38,612 nt of DNA from Gammaproteobacteria bacterium (GCA_003511825.1 DOIU01000060.1:1-38612); one strand, 5' to 3'; numbered from the stretch's first letter, positions 20,222 to 29,443 are shown. The notes: generated from the sequence alone by a model not told the origin. Numbers and translations: made by a program.

Positions 20222-21667
20222 TTGCAGTTAAAAGTGATTCAACGAGTGTTGGGGTTTTTACTCGCGATCTTCAGCACCACCATGATCCCCCCCATTTTGG
20301 TGTCGGTGTATTACAACGACGGCGCGATCATCTCGTTCGTCGATGCGTTTTTTCTGACGCTGGTGACCGGTGTCTTGCTGGTGTGGCCGGTGCGGCACCA
20401 CAAAGCGCAGCTCAGGTTGCGTGATGGGTTTTTGGTGGTGGTGTTGTTCTGGACGGTACTGGGTGTGTTCGGCGCACTGCCGCTCTACATGCATGACCCC
20501 TTGAATCTCTCCGTCGCGCGCGCGATTTTTGAGTCCTTGTCGGGCTTAACCACGACCGGCGCGACCGTCATTGTCGGCCTCGATGATTTGCCCAAATCCA
20601 TTTTGTTCTACCGTCAACAGGTACAGTGGCTGGGCGGCATGGGCCTGATCGTGCTGGCGGTGGCCATTCTGCCGATGTTGGGCATCGGTGGGATGCAGCT
20701 GTACAAGGCGGAGGCGCCAGGACCAAAGAAAGACAAATTGACCCCACGAGTGGCCGAGACGGCCAAGGCGCTGTGGTACATCTATCTCGGTTTGACCTTT
20801 TTATGCATGCTGGCCTACTGGGGCGCCGGCATGGAGTTGTTTGATGCCATTGGCCACAGTTTCTCCACCGTGGCCATCGGCGGGTTTTCTACCCATGACG
20901 CGAGTCTTGGCTACTACAACAGCCGCTTGATCGAAATGATTGCGGTGGTGTTTATGCTGGTCTCGGGGGTGAACTTCGCGCTGCATTTTATTGCGATGCA
21001 TTCGCGCTCAGTCATGCCGTACTTTCGTGACAGCGAATTCAAGGCCTATGTGCTGGTCTTGGGCGCGGTGATGGTGACAACGTCGTCCTATTTGTATCTC
21101 TCGCACACGGAGGGACTCTCCGATGCGTTTTTTGATGGCATTTTCCATGCGGTGTCCATCGGCACCACGACGGGTTTTACCACGCGCGAATACTTTAACT
21201 GGCCAGGCTTTCTGCCGGTGTTGTTGCTGTTTGCGAGCTTTGTCGGGGGATGTGCTGGGTCTACCGGCGGTGGGATGAAAGTCATACGCTTTCTGCTATT
21301 GTTAAAGCAAGGTAAACGCGAGTTGACGCGCTTGGTTCATCCCAAAGCGAAAATCCTGGTCAAGGTGGGCAACCACCCTTTGCCTGATAACGTCATTGAT
21401 GCCGTGTGGGGTTTTTTCGCGACCTACGTGGCGCTGTTCGCGGTGATGCTGTTGCTGATGATGGCAGCTGGGCTGGATCAGATCACGGCCTTTTCTGCGG
21501 TTGCCGCGTGCCTCAACAATTTAGGCCCGGGCCTGGGTGAAGTGGGTGCGAACTATTCCACCTTGGGTGATGGGCCGCTGATGATTCTGTGTTTTGCGAT
21601 GTTGCTGGGGCGGTTAGAGATTTTCACATTGTTGGTGTTGTTCACGCCCGACTTCTGGAGAAAATGA
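20222..21667 (+). CDS. trkH: Trk system K+ uptake membrane protein
   Basis: FESLSGLTTTGAT, QWLGGMG, STVAIGGFS, GGCAGSTGGG, NNLGPG, MLLGRLE. Confidence 0.96.
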   Translation: MQLKVIQRVLGFLLAIFSTTMIPPILVSVYYNDGAIISFVDAFFLTLVTGVLLVWPVRHHKAQLRLRDGFLVVVLFWTVLGVFGALPLYMHDPLNLSVARAIFESLSGLTTTGATVIVGLDDLPKSILFYRQQVQWLGGMGLIVLAVAILPMLGIGGMQLYKAEAPGPKKDKLTPRVAETAKALWYIYLGLTFLCMLAYWGAGMELFDAIGHSFSTVAIGGFSTHDASLGYYNSRLIEMIAVVFMLVSGVNFALHFIAMHSRSVMPYFRDSEFKAYVLVLGAVMVTTSSYLYLSHTEGLSDAFFDGIFHAVSIGTTTGFTTREYFNWPGFLPVLLLFASFVGGCAGSTGGGMKVIRFLLLLKQGKRELTRLVHPKAKILVKVGNHPLPDNVIDAVWGFFATYVALFAVMLLLMMAAGLDQITAFSAVAACLNNLGPGLGEVGANYSTLGDGPLMILCFAMLLGRLEIFTLLVLFTPDFWRK

Positions 21668-22254
21668 CCTTGTCGGAGACGCGTGAAAAGTGGGATGCAC
21701 GGTATGCGGATTTACCGCTCAGTGAGCCAGAAGCGTCTCGCGTATTATCGGAGAATCGACATCTCTTGCCGACTGACGGTAAAGCGCTGGATTTCGCCTG
21801 TGGGCGCGGTGGCAATGCCTTACTCCTGGCGGCTTCGGGTTTACAGACCTCGGCGTGGGATATCTCACCTGTGGTGATTGCACAGCTGCGCGAGTTTTGC
21901 GACGCGCGGGGTGTGGCCGTCGAGGCGCAGGTGCGTGATGTGCTGCACCAGCCGCCGGAAGCGGGGGCTTATGATGTCATTACCGTATCGCGATTCCTTG
22001 AGCGCAGCTTACTCCAGGCCCTGGCTGCCGCACTGACGCCAGGCGGCGTGCTGTTTTATCAATCGTTCACGCAGGAGAAAAGCTGCGAAGTGGGGCCGCG
22101 AAGCCCACAGTATTTGCTTGAGAAAAATGAGTTGCTCACGGCCTATCGCGGGCTGCGTGTTTTGTCTTTTCGCGATGAAGGTACGCAGGGCAATATGCAA
22201 GCCGGGCTACGGCATGAGTCTTGGATTATTCTACAAAATGAGGCCCTATCATGA
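21664..22254 (+). CDS. Class I SAM-dependent methyltransferase (TehB-like)
   Basis: KWDARY, ALDFACGRGGNA, WDISPV, ALTPGG; ATGA overlap with the trkH stop. Confidence 0.82.
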   Translation: MTLSETREKWDARYADLPLSEPEASRVLSENRHLLPTDGKALDFACGRGGNALLLAASGLQTSAWDISPVVIAQLREFCDARGVAVEAQVRDVLHQPPEAGAYDVITVSRFLERSLLQALAAALTPGGVLFYQSFTQEKSCEVGPRSPQYLLEKNELLTAYRGLRVLSFRDEGTQGNMQAGLRHESWIILQNEALS

Positions 22255-22577
22255 CTGACACCGGCGTGTTTGAAAAAATGCTGGCTCTGGGTGAAGACAA
22301 TGCACTGTTACGATTTACGTTGGGGTCGGCGTTTTACAAGCAGGAGCGCTACGACGAGGCCGTGATGCATTTACGCAAAGCCGTAGAATTCACTCCCGAA
22401 TACACGGCGGCTTGGAAGGTACTCGGGCGTTCGCTACTCGACGCTGAGCGCTTTGAAGAGGCACGTGACGCCCTGACGCACGGCATCGAAGTCGCCGAAA
22501 CCAACGGGGACAAGCAGGCGGAGAAAGAAATGCGCACATTCTTGCGCCGCGTGCTCAGGCAGCTGGATAACGACTGA
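22251..22577 (+). CDS. Small TPR-repeat protein
   Basis: DNALLRFTLG, AVEFTPEYTAAWKVLG, GDKQAEKEM. Confidence 0.82.
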   Translation: MTDTGVFEKMLALGEDNALLRFTLGSAFYKQERYDEAVMHLRKAVEFTPEYTAAWKVLGRSLLDAERFEEARDALTHGIEVAETNGDKQAEKEMRTFLRRVLRQLDND

Positions 22578-22584
22578 GCCTGAC

Positions 22585-23583
22585 ATGTCTGAGTCTCTGG
22601 ATAAGAAAGGCGGGGCTGTGGTCGCCGGGGCAGAGCACCGGTTGACGCTGAGGCACTTTCACCCGCGCTATTGGTTAACGTGGTTGGGTATCGGTTTGGT
22701 GAGTGCCTTGTGGATCTTGCCGCGACGCTGGCGTGATGGGCTTGGCGGGTGGCTGGGTGATTTTTACCGCCGACGCGAAAGCAATCATCGCCGTTACGCG
22801 CGTGTCAATTTGGCGCTGTGTTTTCCGGACTTATCGGTCGATGCGCGGGAAGCCATGCTGGCCGAGCACTTCCGTGCCTTTTTCCGCACCATGTTGGATG
22901 CGCCCCTGTTTTGGTGGGGAACGGACGCCATGGTCAAAAAACGCGTTCGCGTGGTCGGCCAAGACGCTGCGGATGAGGCGATAAAAAATGGCGACAGTGT
23001 GATCTTTTTGGTCAGTCACTGTATGGCCATTGACGTCTGTACAACCGCGCTGGCGATCGACTACAAAATGCAGGGGTTTTATAAGCCGTTTAAGGACCCG
23101 GTGGCGGACTGGCTGATCTTTCGCATGCGCTCCAAGCGGGGAGGGCGGCTTGCCGCTCGCGGTGAAGGGTTTAAAACCGTGATTCGCGACCTGAAACGCG
23201 GTATGACCTTATTCTACCTGAGCGATGAAGACCTTGGGCGCGACGGGTCAGTTTTTGCGCCGTTCTTTGGTCAGCCGAAATCCACGCTCGCCATGTTGCC
23301 AAGAATTGCCAAGATGACGAACGCGAAGGTGTTTCCCGTCTATGCGCATTACGTGCAAGAAGAGGGGCAATACCAAATCAGCATCTTACCCGCGTTACAG
23401 GATTACCCCGAAGGCGATCCGGTACGGGACGCGGCTCGGCTCAACCAGGCCACAGAACACACCGTGATGATTTGCCCCGAGCAATATTTGTGGAAGCTGC
23501 GTTTGTTCAAAACCCCCGTGACGCCTGGTGACAAAAGCGTGTATCGGAAAGTGGAGCACGGCGAACTGGAGTTGCCGTTGTGA
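22585..23583 (+). CDS. Lipid A late acyltransferase (LpxL/LpxM family)
   Basis: FHPRYWLTWLG, NLALCFP, H-x4-D (HCMAID), FAPFFG, PEQYLW. Confidence 0.85.
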   Translation: MSESLDKKGGAVVAGAEHRLTLRHFHPRYWLTWLGIGLVSALWILPRRWRDGLGGWLGDFYRRRESNHRRYARVNLALCFPDLSVDAREAMLAEHFRAFFRTMLDAPLFWWGTDAMVKKRVRVVGQDAADEAIKNGDSVIFLVSHCMAIDVCTTALAIDYKMQGFYKPFKDPVADWLIFRMRSKRGGRLAARGEGFKTVIRDLKRGMTLFYLSDEDLGRDGSVFAPFFGQPKSTLAMLPRIAKMTNAKVFPVYAHYVQEEGQYQISILPALQDYPEGDPVRDAARLNQATEHTVMICPEQYLWKLRLFKTPVTPGDKSVYRKVEHGELELPL

Positions 23584-23620
23584 ACGTAAGCGCAGGTTTT
23601 AGGGGCGCCAGTTCATTGCG

Positions 23621-24241
23621 ATGATCACGCAGCTTGGCGTGCTTTTTCTCGTCTGGTTGGTTTACTTTGCTGTACACAGCGCGACTGCGTCGTTGACGGC
23701 AAAGCAATTCGTGAACACGCGCTGGCCCGGCGCAGCGCGCTACTATCGCTTGGCGTATAACGCGTTTTCTGCACTGACGCTGTTGCCACCGTTGTACCTG
23801 ATGTGGATATGGCGAACAGAGCCTGTGATTGCGTGGTCCGGTTGGGCGTTCTGGATTGCTCAGTTGGCGGCGGCGATCGCGATCGTGCTGTTTTATCTGT
23901 CAACCCGGTACTACGACATGGGCGCCTTCTTGGGCACCCGTGCGGCGCAATCATCGCCCGAGGACGCAGCGACACCGGAGACATTCTGTCTGTCGCCATT
24001 TCATCGCTTCGTGCGGCATCCGTGGTACTTTTTTGGGTTGGTGGTGTTGTGGACCCGGAATATGGATGCCATGCAACTGCTCAGTACTGTCGCGGCCACC
24101 GCTTATCTGGTGATGGGGTCGAAGCTGGAGGAGCAAAAATTGATTCAGGAATTTGGTGAGGTGTACGCACGTTACCGAGAACGGGTCCCTGGGCTTGTGC
24201 CTCTGCCAGGCAAGTATCTGAAAAAAGAAGACATTATCTGA
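23621..24241 (+). CDS. Membrane methyltransferase of the ICMT/PEMT/NnrU-like superfamily
   Basis: Multiple TM helices, HS motif, YRLAYN, FVRHPWY, EEQKLIQEFGEVY...VP. Confidence 0.75.
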   Translation: MITQLGVLFLVWLVYFAVHSATASLTAKQFVNTRWPGAARYYRLAYNAFSALTLLPPLYLMWIWRTEPVIAWSGWAFWIAQLAAAIAIVLFYLSTRYYDMGAFLGTRAAQSSPEDAATPETFCLSPFHRFVRHPWYFFGLVVLWTRNMDAMQLLSTVAATAYLVMGSKLEEQKLIQEFGEVYARYRERVPGLVPLPGKYLKKEDII

Positions 24242-24253
24242 GGATGAGGTCAC

Positions 24254-24541
24254 ATGGGAAGTGCTAAATGGATGTTGCTATGGGTGTTAATGTTGGTGTT
24301 GATGACGACCGGGTGCGCGTCTATCTCGACCTTTGATCAACGGCAGCGTGGGCAGCCGCTAATCTTCTCCGGCACCCGCCTGAACGTGCATGGCATCTGC
24401 TACCCCGGACAAACACCGAAACATTTTGCTGTCCAACCACCGGCTTATCCATGGCTCGATTTGGCGCCAAGTGCGGTGCTTGATGTGCTCGTATTGCCCG
24501 TCACTGTGGCCGGAGCGGCGTACTTTAGCGTGACCGAATAG
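24254..24541 (+). CDS. YceK/YidQ-family lipoprotein
   Basis: Lipobox TTGC-AS, FSGTRL, DLAPSAVLDVLVLP. Confidence 0.75.
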   Translation: MGSAKWMLLWVLMLVLMTTGCASISTFDQRQRGQPLIFSGTRLNVHGICYPGQTPKHFAVQPPAYPWLDLAPSAVLDVLVLPVTVAGAAYFSVTE

Positions 24542-24606
24542 CCGCTATGTGCGCATGTATGGCGCGCACGGAATCAGCAATATTCTAAAATTTCTCTTGA
24601 ATTGCA

Positions 24607-24625
24607 AATGATAACAATTATCATT
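24607..24625. promoter_or_regulatory. Fur box
   Basis: AATGATAAC-A-ATTATCATT: a 9-1-9 inverted repeat with one mismatch to the AATGATAAT-N-ATTATCATT Fur consensus, 32 nt upstream of ATG 24658 in an AT-rich promoter. Confidence 0.85.
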
Positions 24626-24657
24626 AACTTGATTGCTATCATTTTCTGGTCAAAGCG

Positions 24658-25884
24658 ATGTTACACACAAACGAATGGTGTTGCCCATCCGCGCGGGAAA
24701 ACCCGCTGCTGGAAGTCGGTATCGCAAATAGCCGTAAGAAAATCTGGGATTTAGGAAAGCACTTCCACTGCAGTATCGTAGGGACGTGTCTGCACCCGTT
24801 TGAGCTGAAGAAGCTCGCGACCAAATCACGCCTAAATCTCGCTGATGTGCATTGTGATTACCATCTGCATCAATTGGTGGTCGCACAGGTGGGGCAGCGC
24901 AAGTCACGCTTGGCCAAGCTGGTTCAGAACCACCTGGATAAAAAGTACAAAGCGACGCTGCATGTGACCTCTGAGCTGACGTCTGCTGTGGACTTACAAC
25001 AGTACTGGGCCGATGCGCATCAGCGCTCAGATATCCATGCAGCCTATTGGGCGCTGGTGACGCATCCGATGGCGTCCCAGAAACTTTGTGAAAAAGCCTA
25101 CGGGCAAATCCACATGCTCTCCCATCTGTCGGGTGAGAATCGCCGTGGTCAAGAACAGAAGATCGCCCATCTAAAAAAACAGTATTCGTTGATGGAGGAG
25201 AAGTACCGCGCCTCGCTCCTGAAGAACCGCGAACGCATCAAAGAGAAGAATCGCGAGTTGGAGCGCATACGGACGCGGCCGGAGCAGACGGCATCGGAGC
25301 GCAGCGATCCGTCTGCCAATTTGCGGCTGCGGATTGAAGCGGAGAATCTCACCGCAAAACTCAGTATGGAGCGCCTGAAACGCGAACGTGTAGAAGACGA
25401 GCTGCATGTGGCTTTGTCGGCGGCCGAGCGATTGCGCGACCAGTTGGCTGAGCGCGATGCCTTGATCGAGACGTTGCGCAAGCAGGCGGAGAGTGCGGCT
25501 GGTTTGTTGGCCGTTGCGGATGCCGATGACGCCGACGCGCTCGACAGTGTGGTGCCTCTGGACCAAGATCAGGAGGTCGATCTGGTGGGACGATGCATTT
25601 TGTATGTGGGAGGTCGCTCTCGCCAATGCAGCCGCTTTAGGCAGATGGTTGCCAAGCGCAATGGCAAATTCTTGCATCACGATGGGGGCCTTGAAGACAC
25701 AAATCGATTGGATTCTGTGTTAGCGCGAGCAGATGCGGTCATGTGCCCGCTGGACTGCATCAGTCACAATGCGATGAACAAGGCAAAAAAATATTGTAAA
25801 AACGCAGGAAAACCTTTGATCATGCTTGAAAAATCGAGTTTGTCCGCGTTTTCAAACGGACTTGGCAAGGTGCTTAATCAATGA
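24658..25884 (+). CDS. DUF2325 domain protein with Cys/His N-terminal domain and coiled coil
   Basis: N-terminal IWDL...HCSIVGTC, central coiled coil, C-terminal ILYVGGR...HHDGG...ADAVMCPLDCISHNA...KKYCK...KP. Confidence 0.8.
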   Translation: MLHTNEWCCPSARENPLLEVGIANSRKKIWDLGKHFHCSIVGTCLHPFELKKLATKSRLNLADVHCDYHLHQLVVAQVGQRKSRLAKLVQNHLDKKYKATLHVTSELTSAVDLQQYWADAHQRSDIHAAYWALVTHPMASQKLCEKAYGQIHMLSHLSGENRRGQEQKIAHLKKQYSLMEEKYRASLLKNRERIKEKNRELERIRTRPEQTASERSDPSANLRLRIEAENLTAKLSMERLKRERVEDELHVALSAAERLRDQLAERDALIETLRKQAESAAGLLAVADADDADALDSVVPLDQDQEVDLVGRCILYVGGRSRQCSRFRQMVAKRNGKFLHHDGGLEDTNRLDSVLARADAVMCPLDCISHNAMNKAKKYCKNAGKPLIMLEKSSLSAFSNGLGKVLNQ

Positions 25885-26123
25885 GTCGTGTGAGCGTGTC
25901 AATGGATGAGAAAACGCTGGACAGGTTGATGTCCAGTGGTGCTCTGTGTGTTGCGGATATCAAGTGCCTGGATTGTGATTCCAAGGCCTGCGTCTGGCGA
26001 TTGGCACTGCGCAACTCGGTGCGGCCACCGCCCGATTGTCCGAGGAAGCCGCAGGGTATTTTATACAGTTTGAAGCTGGCGCGAGATAAAGCAGCACAAA
26101 CCGTCAAAAAACCCTTCTCTTGA
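25881..26123 (+). CDS. Small Cys-rich hypothetical protein
   Basis: ATGA overlap with the DUF2325 stop; LCVADIKCLDCDSKAC; followed by a terminator-like hairpin. Confidence 0.65.
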   Translation: MSRVSVSMDEKTLDRLMSSGALCVADIKCLDCDSKACVWRLALRNSVRPPPDCPRKPQGILYSLKLARDKAAQTVKKPFS

Positions 26124-26173
26124 GTACAAGAGCCGGCCAGTACCCTTCCGCTAACCCTGCAGCGCTGTCCGGT

Positions 26174-26201
26174 GTGCGTCACAGTGACGCACTTTGTTTT
26201 T
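26174..26201 (+). terminator. Intrinsic terminator (or operator palindrome) after the DUF2325 operon
   Basis: GTGCGTCAC-A-GTGACGCAC perfect palindrome followed by TTTGTTTTT. Confidence 0.6.
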
Positions 26202-26460
26202 GCGTCAAGCATGTCTGTTTCTATCCAAGCCTGACCCTAAAAAAAGCCGTGAAGCCGGCGTCCTTCGGGTGTATTCTGGCCCCAAAAAAAGCCATATCAG
26301 AACGCCACTCGCGCGCCTAGTATCTGAGAGTCTGTTTCAGCTTATCGCATTCTCGCTGCGGACAAAGAGGTTCTAGACAGGCCTCAACGATTTGTGACCT
26401 CAGACATCCAGAGCGATTAAGGGGTAGGCGTAAACGGCTGTTTTTCCTTTGGAGGTAGAC

Positions 26461-27771
26461 ATGGCGGGACCTTTCTATCCGCGCTTTGAGACCTTGTGCA
26501 TTCATGCGGGTCAACGCACAGAGGCAGAGGCCCAGGGGCAGTCAAGCGTCGTTTTTGTCGGCAATAGCTTTAGATTCCGTGATATGGACCATGCTGCTTC
26601 ACTGCATGCGTTGGCGACGTCAGGGCATACATCCTCAGCAATCTCGAATCCCACGGTCGCCACACTTGAGTCACGCCTCGCCGCGCTTGAAGGTGGCGTC
26701 GCGGCCGTGGCCACCGCGACGGGCATGGCGGCGATTCATCTGGCCATGACCTCATTACTGAACGCTGGCGATCATGTTGTTGCGACACATGTGCTCAATC
26801 CCAAGACGCGTCAATTGTTGACGCGAACCTTGGCGCGGTTGGGTGTTGTCACGACGTTTGCGGACTTTCGCGATGTGCGGGCCGTGCGCTCGGCGATGCG
26901 TACCGACACACGCCTGATCTTTGCGGAAACGGTCGCGCTCCCAACCGGAGAAGTCACTGATATTGAGGCGGTGGCAGCTGTCGCACGCGAGTACACAGTG
27001 CCCCTGATGATCGATGCCACAGCCACCACGGCCTACTTGATGCGACCCATTGACTTGGGGGCGGACATTGTTGTGCAGTGTCTGGGTGGGTATGTTTGCG
27101 GTAGCGATACTGCAATTGGTGGTGTTGTCATCGATTCCGGTCGTTACGATTGGTCGTCGTCCGGGTACTATCCGCAGTTCACCCAAGCGGCTGCTGATGA
27201 TTCGGGGATTCACTTCGTTGATGACTTTGGTGTTCATGCGTATTCCATGTACTTGCGCTATGTCGGGTTAGCGGATACAGGGGCTGCGCTCTCTCCACTC
27301 AGTGCGCTTCAAATACTGCAAGGCTTGGATACACTTTCACTGCGTATGCAAAGGCAAGTCGATAGCGCGTCGGCGATTGCGACGTTTTTACAGGCGCAGT
27401 CATCGGTTGCCGCCGTTCATTGGCCCTCGCTGGAAACCCATCCGAACTATGCCTTGGCGCGGCGTGTATTGCCACGTGGCGCGGGTGCCGTGCTCGGCGT
27501 GAGCTTGCAGGGTGGGCGTGAGGCGGTCGATGTGTTTGTTCGGGCATTGCAGCTGATTGAGCATCAGGGAGGTGTGGGCACTCGCTGCACATCGGTCTTG
27601 CATCCGGCGACCACGACGCATTATTTATACAACTCTGGTGATCTGTCCCAGTGTGGTATTGGCGACGAGTTGGTTCAGCTAAGCGTAGGGCTGGAAGATA
27701 CCGATGATTTGATCAGTGATCTGTCACGCGCGCTGCGTCAGGTTGCCAAGCATGCGGAGAGGCAACCATGA
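26461..27771 (+). CDS. MetY/O-acetylhomoserine sulfhydrylase-fold protein with degenerate PLP site (probable pseudoenzyme)
   Basis: FETLCIHAGQ, SNPTV...RLAALEGG, ATGMAA, QGLDTLSLRM, HPATTTH and SVGLED are retained. The PLP-Lys motif reads QCLGGY instead of HSxTK[YF]. GGAGG RBS precedes ATG 26461. Confidence 0.85.
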   Translation: MAGPFYPRFETLCIHAGQRTEAEAQGQSSVVFVGNSFRFRDMDHAASLHALATSGHTSSAISNPTVATLESRLAALEGGVAAVATATGMAAIHLAMTSLLNAGDHVVATHVLNPKTRQLLTRTLARLGVVTTFADFRDVRAVRSAMRTDTRLIFAETVALPTGEVTDIEAVAAVAREYTVPLMIDATATTAYLMRPIDLGADIVVQCLGGYVCGSDTAIGGVVIDSGRYDWSSSGYYPQFTQAAADDSGIHFVDDFGVHAYSMYLRYVGLADTGAALSPLSALQILQGLDTLSLRMQRQVDSASAIATFLQAQSSVAAVHWPSLETHPNYALARRVLPRGAGAVLGVSLQGGREAVDVFVRALQLIEHQGGVGTRCTSVLHPATTTHYLYNSGDLSQCGIGDELVQLSVGLEDTDDLISDLSRALRQVAKHAERQP

Positions 27772-28568
27772 ACGTGGATGTGCAGGGTCAAACTTGCCAA
27801 CTATATACCGGCGGCACCGACTTTAATCACTCTCAGCCGTGTCTTGTGTTTATTCATGGCGCCGGCATGGATCACACGTTCTGGGCGACGAGCGCGCGCT
27901 ACTTTGCTCGGTCGGGGTACAGCGTGTTGGTGCCAGATTTGCCGGGTCATGGAGGTTCACCCTGCTCAGCCCTGGATTCGATCCCGGCGTATGCCGATCA
28001 TGTGTTGGCTTTGTTAGCCTCTCTGAACGTTGCTCAGGCAGCTCTGGTCGGACACTCGATGGGGTCGCTCGTGGCGATGGAGATGGCGGCCAGGCAGCCG
28101 TCCTTGGTCACGCGCTTGGTGCTGTTGGGCGCGGCATTCCCGATGCGAGTGAGTGATGCTTTGCTTGACGCTGCGAACGCTGAAGACCCCAGTGCCTATG
28201 ACATGGTGGCAGGTTTTGGAACAGCGTATCGATCCCGCTTGCAAGGCGGCGCGATGCTGGGCGGCAATCTCTATCACAGCTTGCGAGTGCAATTGGCGCG
28301 CAATCGTCGAGGGACGTTGTTCAACGCGCTGACGGCCTGTAACACGTATGATGAAGACGCCTTGGCATTGGCGGACATCATCTGCCTAACAACGTTCATC
28401 GTTGCGGATCAAGACATGATGACGCCGGCTGCGTCAGCCTTAGCGTTGGCGGAACAATTGCCGGCAGGTCGCACACTGACTGTCGCGAACTGCGGCCATA
28501 TGCTCGTGCTGGAACAGGCGCAAGCCACGCAGATGGCGTTGCATCAGGCGCTGATTGACGGGGACTGA
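27768..28568 (+). CDS. Alpha/beta-fold hydrolase
   Basis: FIHGAG, PDLPGHGGS, nucleophile GHSMG, acid DQDMMTP, His CGHM; ATGA overlap with the upstream gene. Confidence 0.9.
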   Translation: MNVDVQGQTCQLYTGGTDFNHSQPCLVFIHGAGMDHTFWATSARYFARSGYSVLVPDLPGHGGSPCSALDSIPAYADHVLALLASLNVAQAALVGHSMGSLVAMEMAARQPSLVTRLVLLGAAFPMRVSDALLDAANAEDPSAYDMVAGFGTAYRSRLQGGAMLGGNLYHSLRVQLARNRRGTLFNALTACNTYDEDALALADIICLTTFIVADQDMMTPAASALALAEQLPAGRTLTVANCGHMLVLEQAQATQMALHQALIDGD

Positions 28569-28589
28569 ACAACCAAAGGCATCTGACGC

Positions 28590-28601
28590 TATAATGCGCG
28601 C
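28590..28601 (+). promoter_or_regulatory. Putative sigma70 -10 box with GC-rich discriminator for deoC
   Basis: TATAATGCGCGC, with the hexamer 27 nt upstream of the ATG; no clear -35. Confidence 0.4.
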
Positions 28602-28622
28602 ATTTTCCACAGAGACAGCCAC

Positions 28623-29357
28623 ATGCCACTGATTGAAACCGCGCATCACGTATTGGCACTGCTGGATTTAACCCGGCTGGACGTAAGCGATAGCCCAGAA
28701 CAGATGCGCCAGTTTTGCCAAACGGCGATGACTGACTACGGTCCCGTTGCGGCAGTCTGTATTGATCCGGAGTGCGTTGCCGTCGCCTCTGAGGTGCTCG
28801 CGGGGCAGCCGGTGAATATTGCATCGGTGGCCAATTTCCCACAAGGTTGGCCGGACCCTGAGCGCGCCAAGAAAGAAATCATGCAGATTGCTCGCGATGG
28901 CGGTGATGAAGTGGATGTTGTCTTTCCGTGGCGCAACGCATTGGACGGTGATTTAAACGCAGGCGCGGATTTGGTGTCGGGTTGCAAGAGTCGATGCGGC
29001 AACCAAATCACACTCAAGGTGATCCTCGAAACGGGCGAGTTACAGGATGCCGCATTGATATACCGCGCGAGCCGGGTGGCGCTGGATGCGGGGGCGGACT
29101 TTATCAAAACCTCTACGGGAAAGCGCGATCAGGGCGCGACACTGAGCGCAGCGGAGGCGATGTTACGCGCGATTGCGGATCACGGTGATGGTGGGATCAA
29201 GATCTCGGGCGGTGTGAAAACCGTCGCCGAAGCCGATGCTTATTTGAGCGTGATTCGCCAAACCCTAGGAGCTGATTGGATCAGTGCGAAAACCGTTCGC
29301 ATCGGTGCCAGTGGCTTGCTCAACGATGTCATGACGGTTCTGCATCAGGGCGAATAG
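28623..29357 (+). CDS. deoC: Deoxyribose-phosphate aldolase
   Basis: LDLTRL, VANFPQG, DEVDVVFP, LKVILETGEL, GADFIKTSTGK, GIKISGGV, RIGASGLL. Confidence 0.94.
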   Translation: MPLIETAHHVLALLDLTRLDVSDSPEQMRQFCQTAMTDYGPVAAVCIDPECVAVASEVLAGQPVNIASVANFPQGWPDPERAKKEIMQIARDGGDEVDVVFPWRNALDGDLNAGADLVSGCKSRCGNQITLKVILETGELQDAALIYRASRVALDAGADFIKTSTGKRDQGATLSAAEAMLRAIADHGDGGIKISGGVKTVAEADAYLSVIRQTLGADWISAKTVRIGASGLLNDVMTVLHQGE

Positions 29358-29443
29358 CCCATCGTTGTGATTTGAGGCATGTCATCGTTTGTGCGGCTCA
29401 GGCTGCGTATGCTTTGGAAAGTTTTTTTTGTTAAGGAGCTGTG

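Noticed and set aside
26300-26460. SAM or SAH riboswitch upstream of the MetY-like gene (ATCCAGAG and GAGG...CAGGCCTC fragments)
   Set aside because: Only short fragments match; the conserved cores and pairings of SAM-I, SAM-II and SAH motifs are not recognisable. An Infernal/Rfam scan would settle it.
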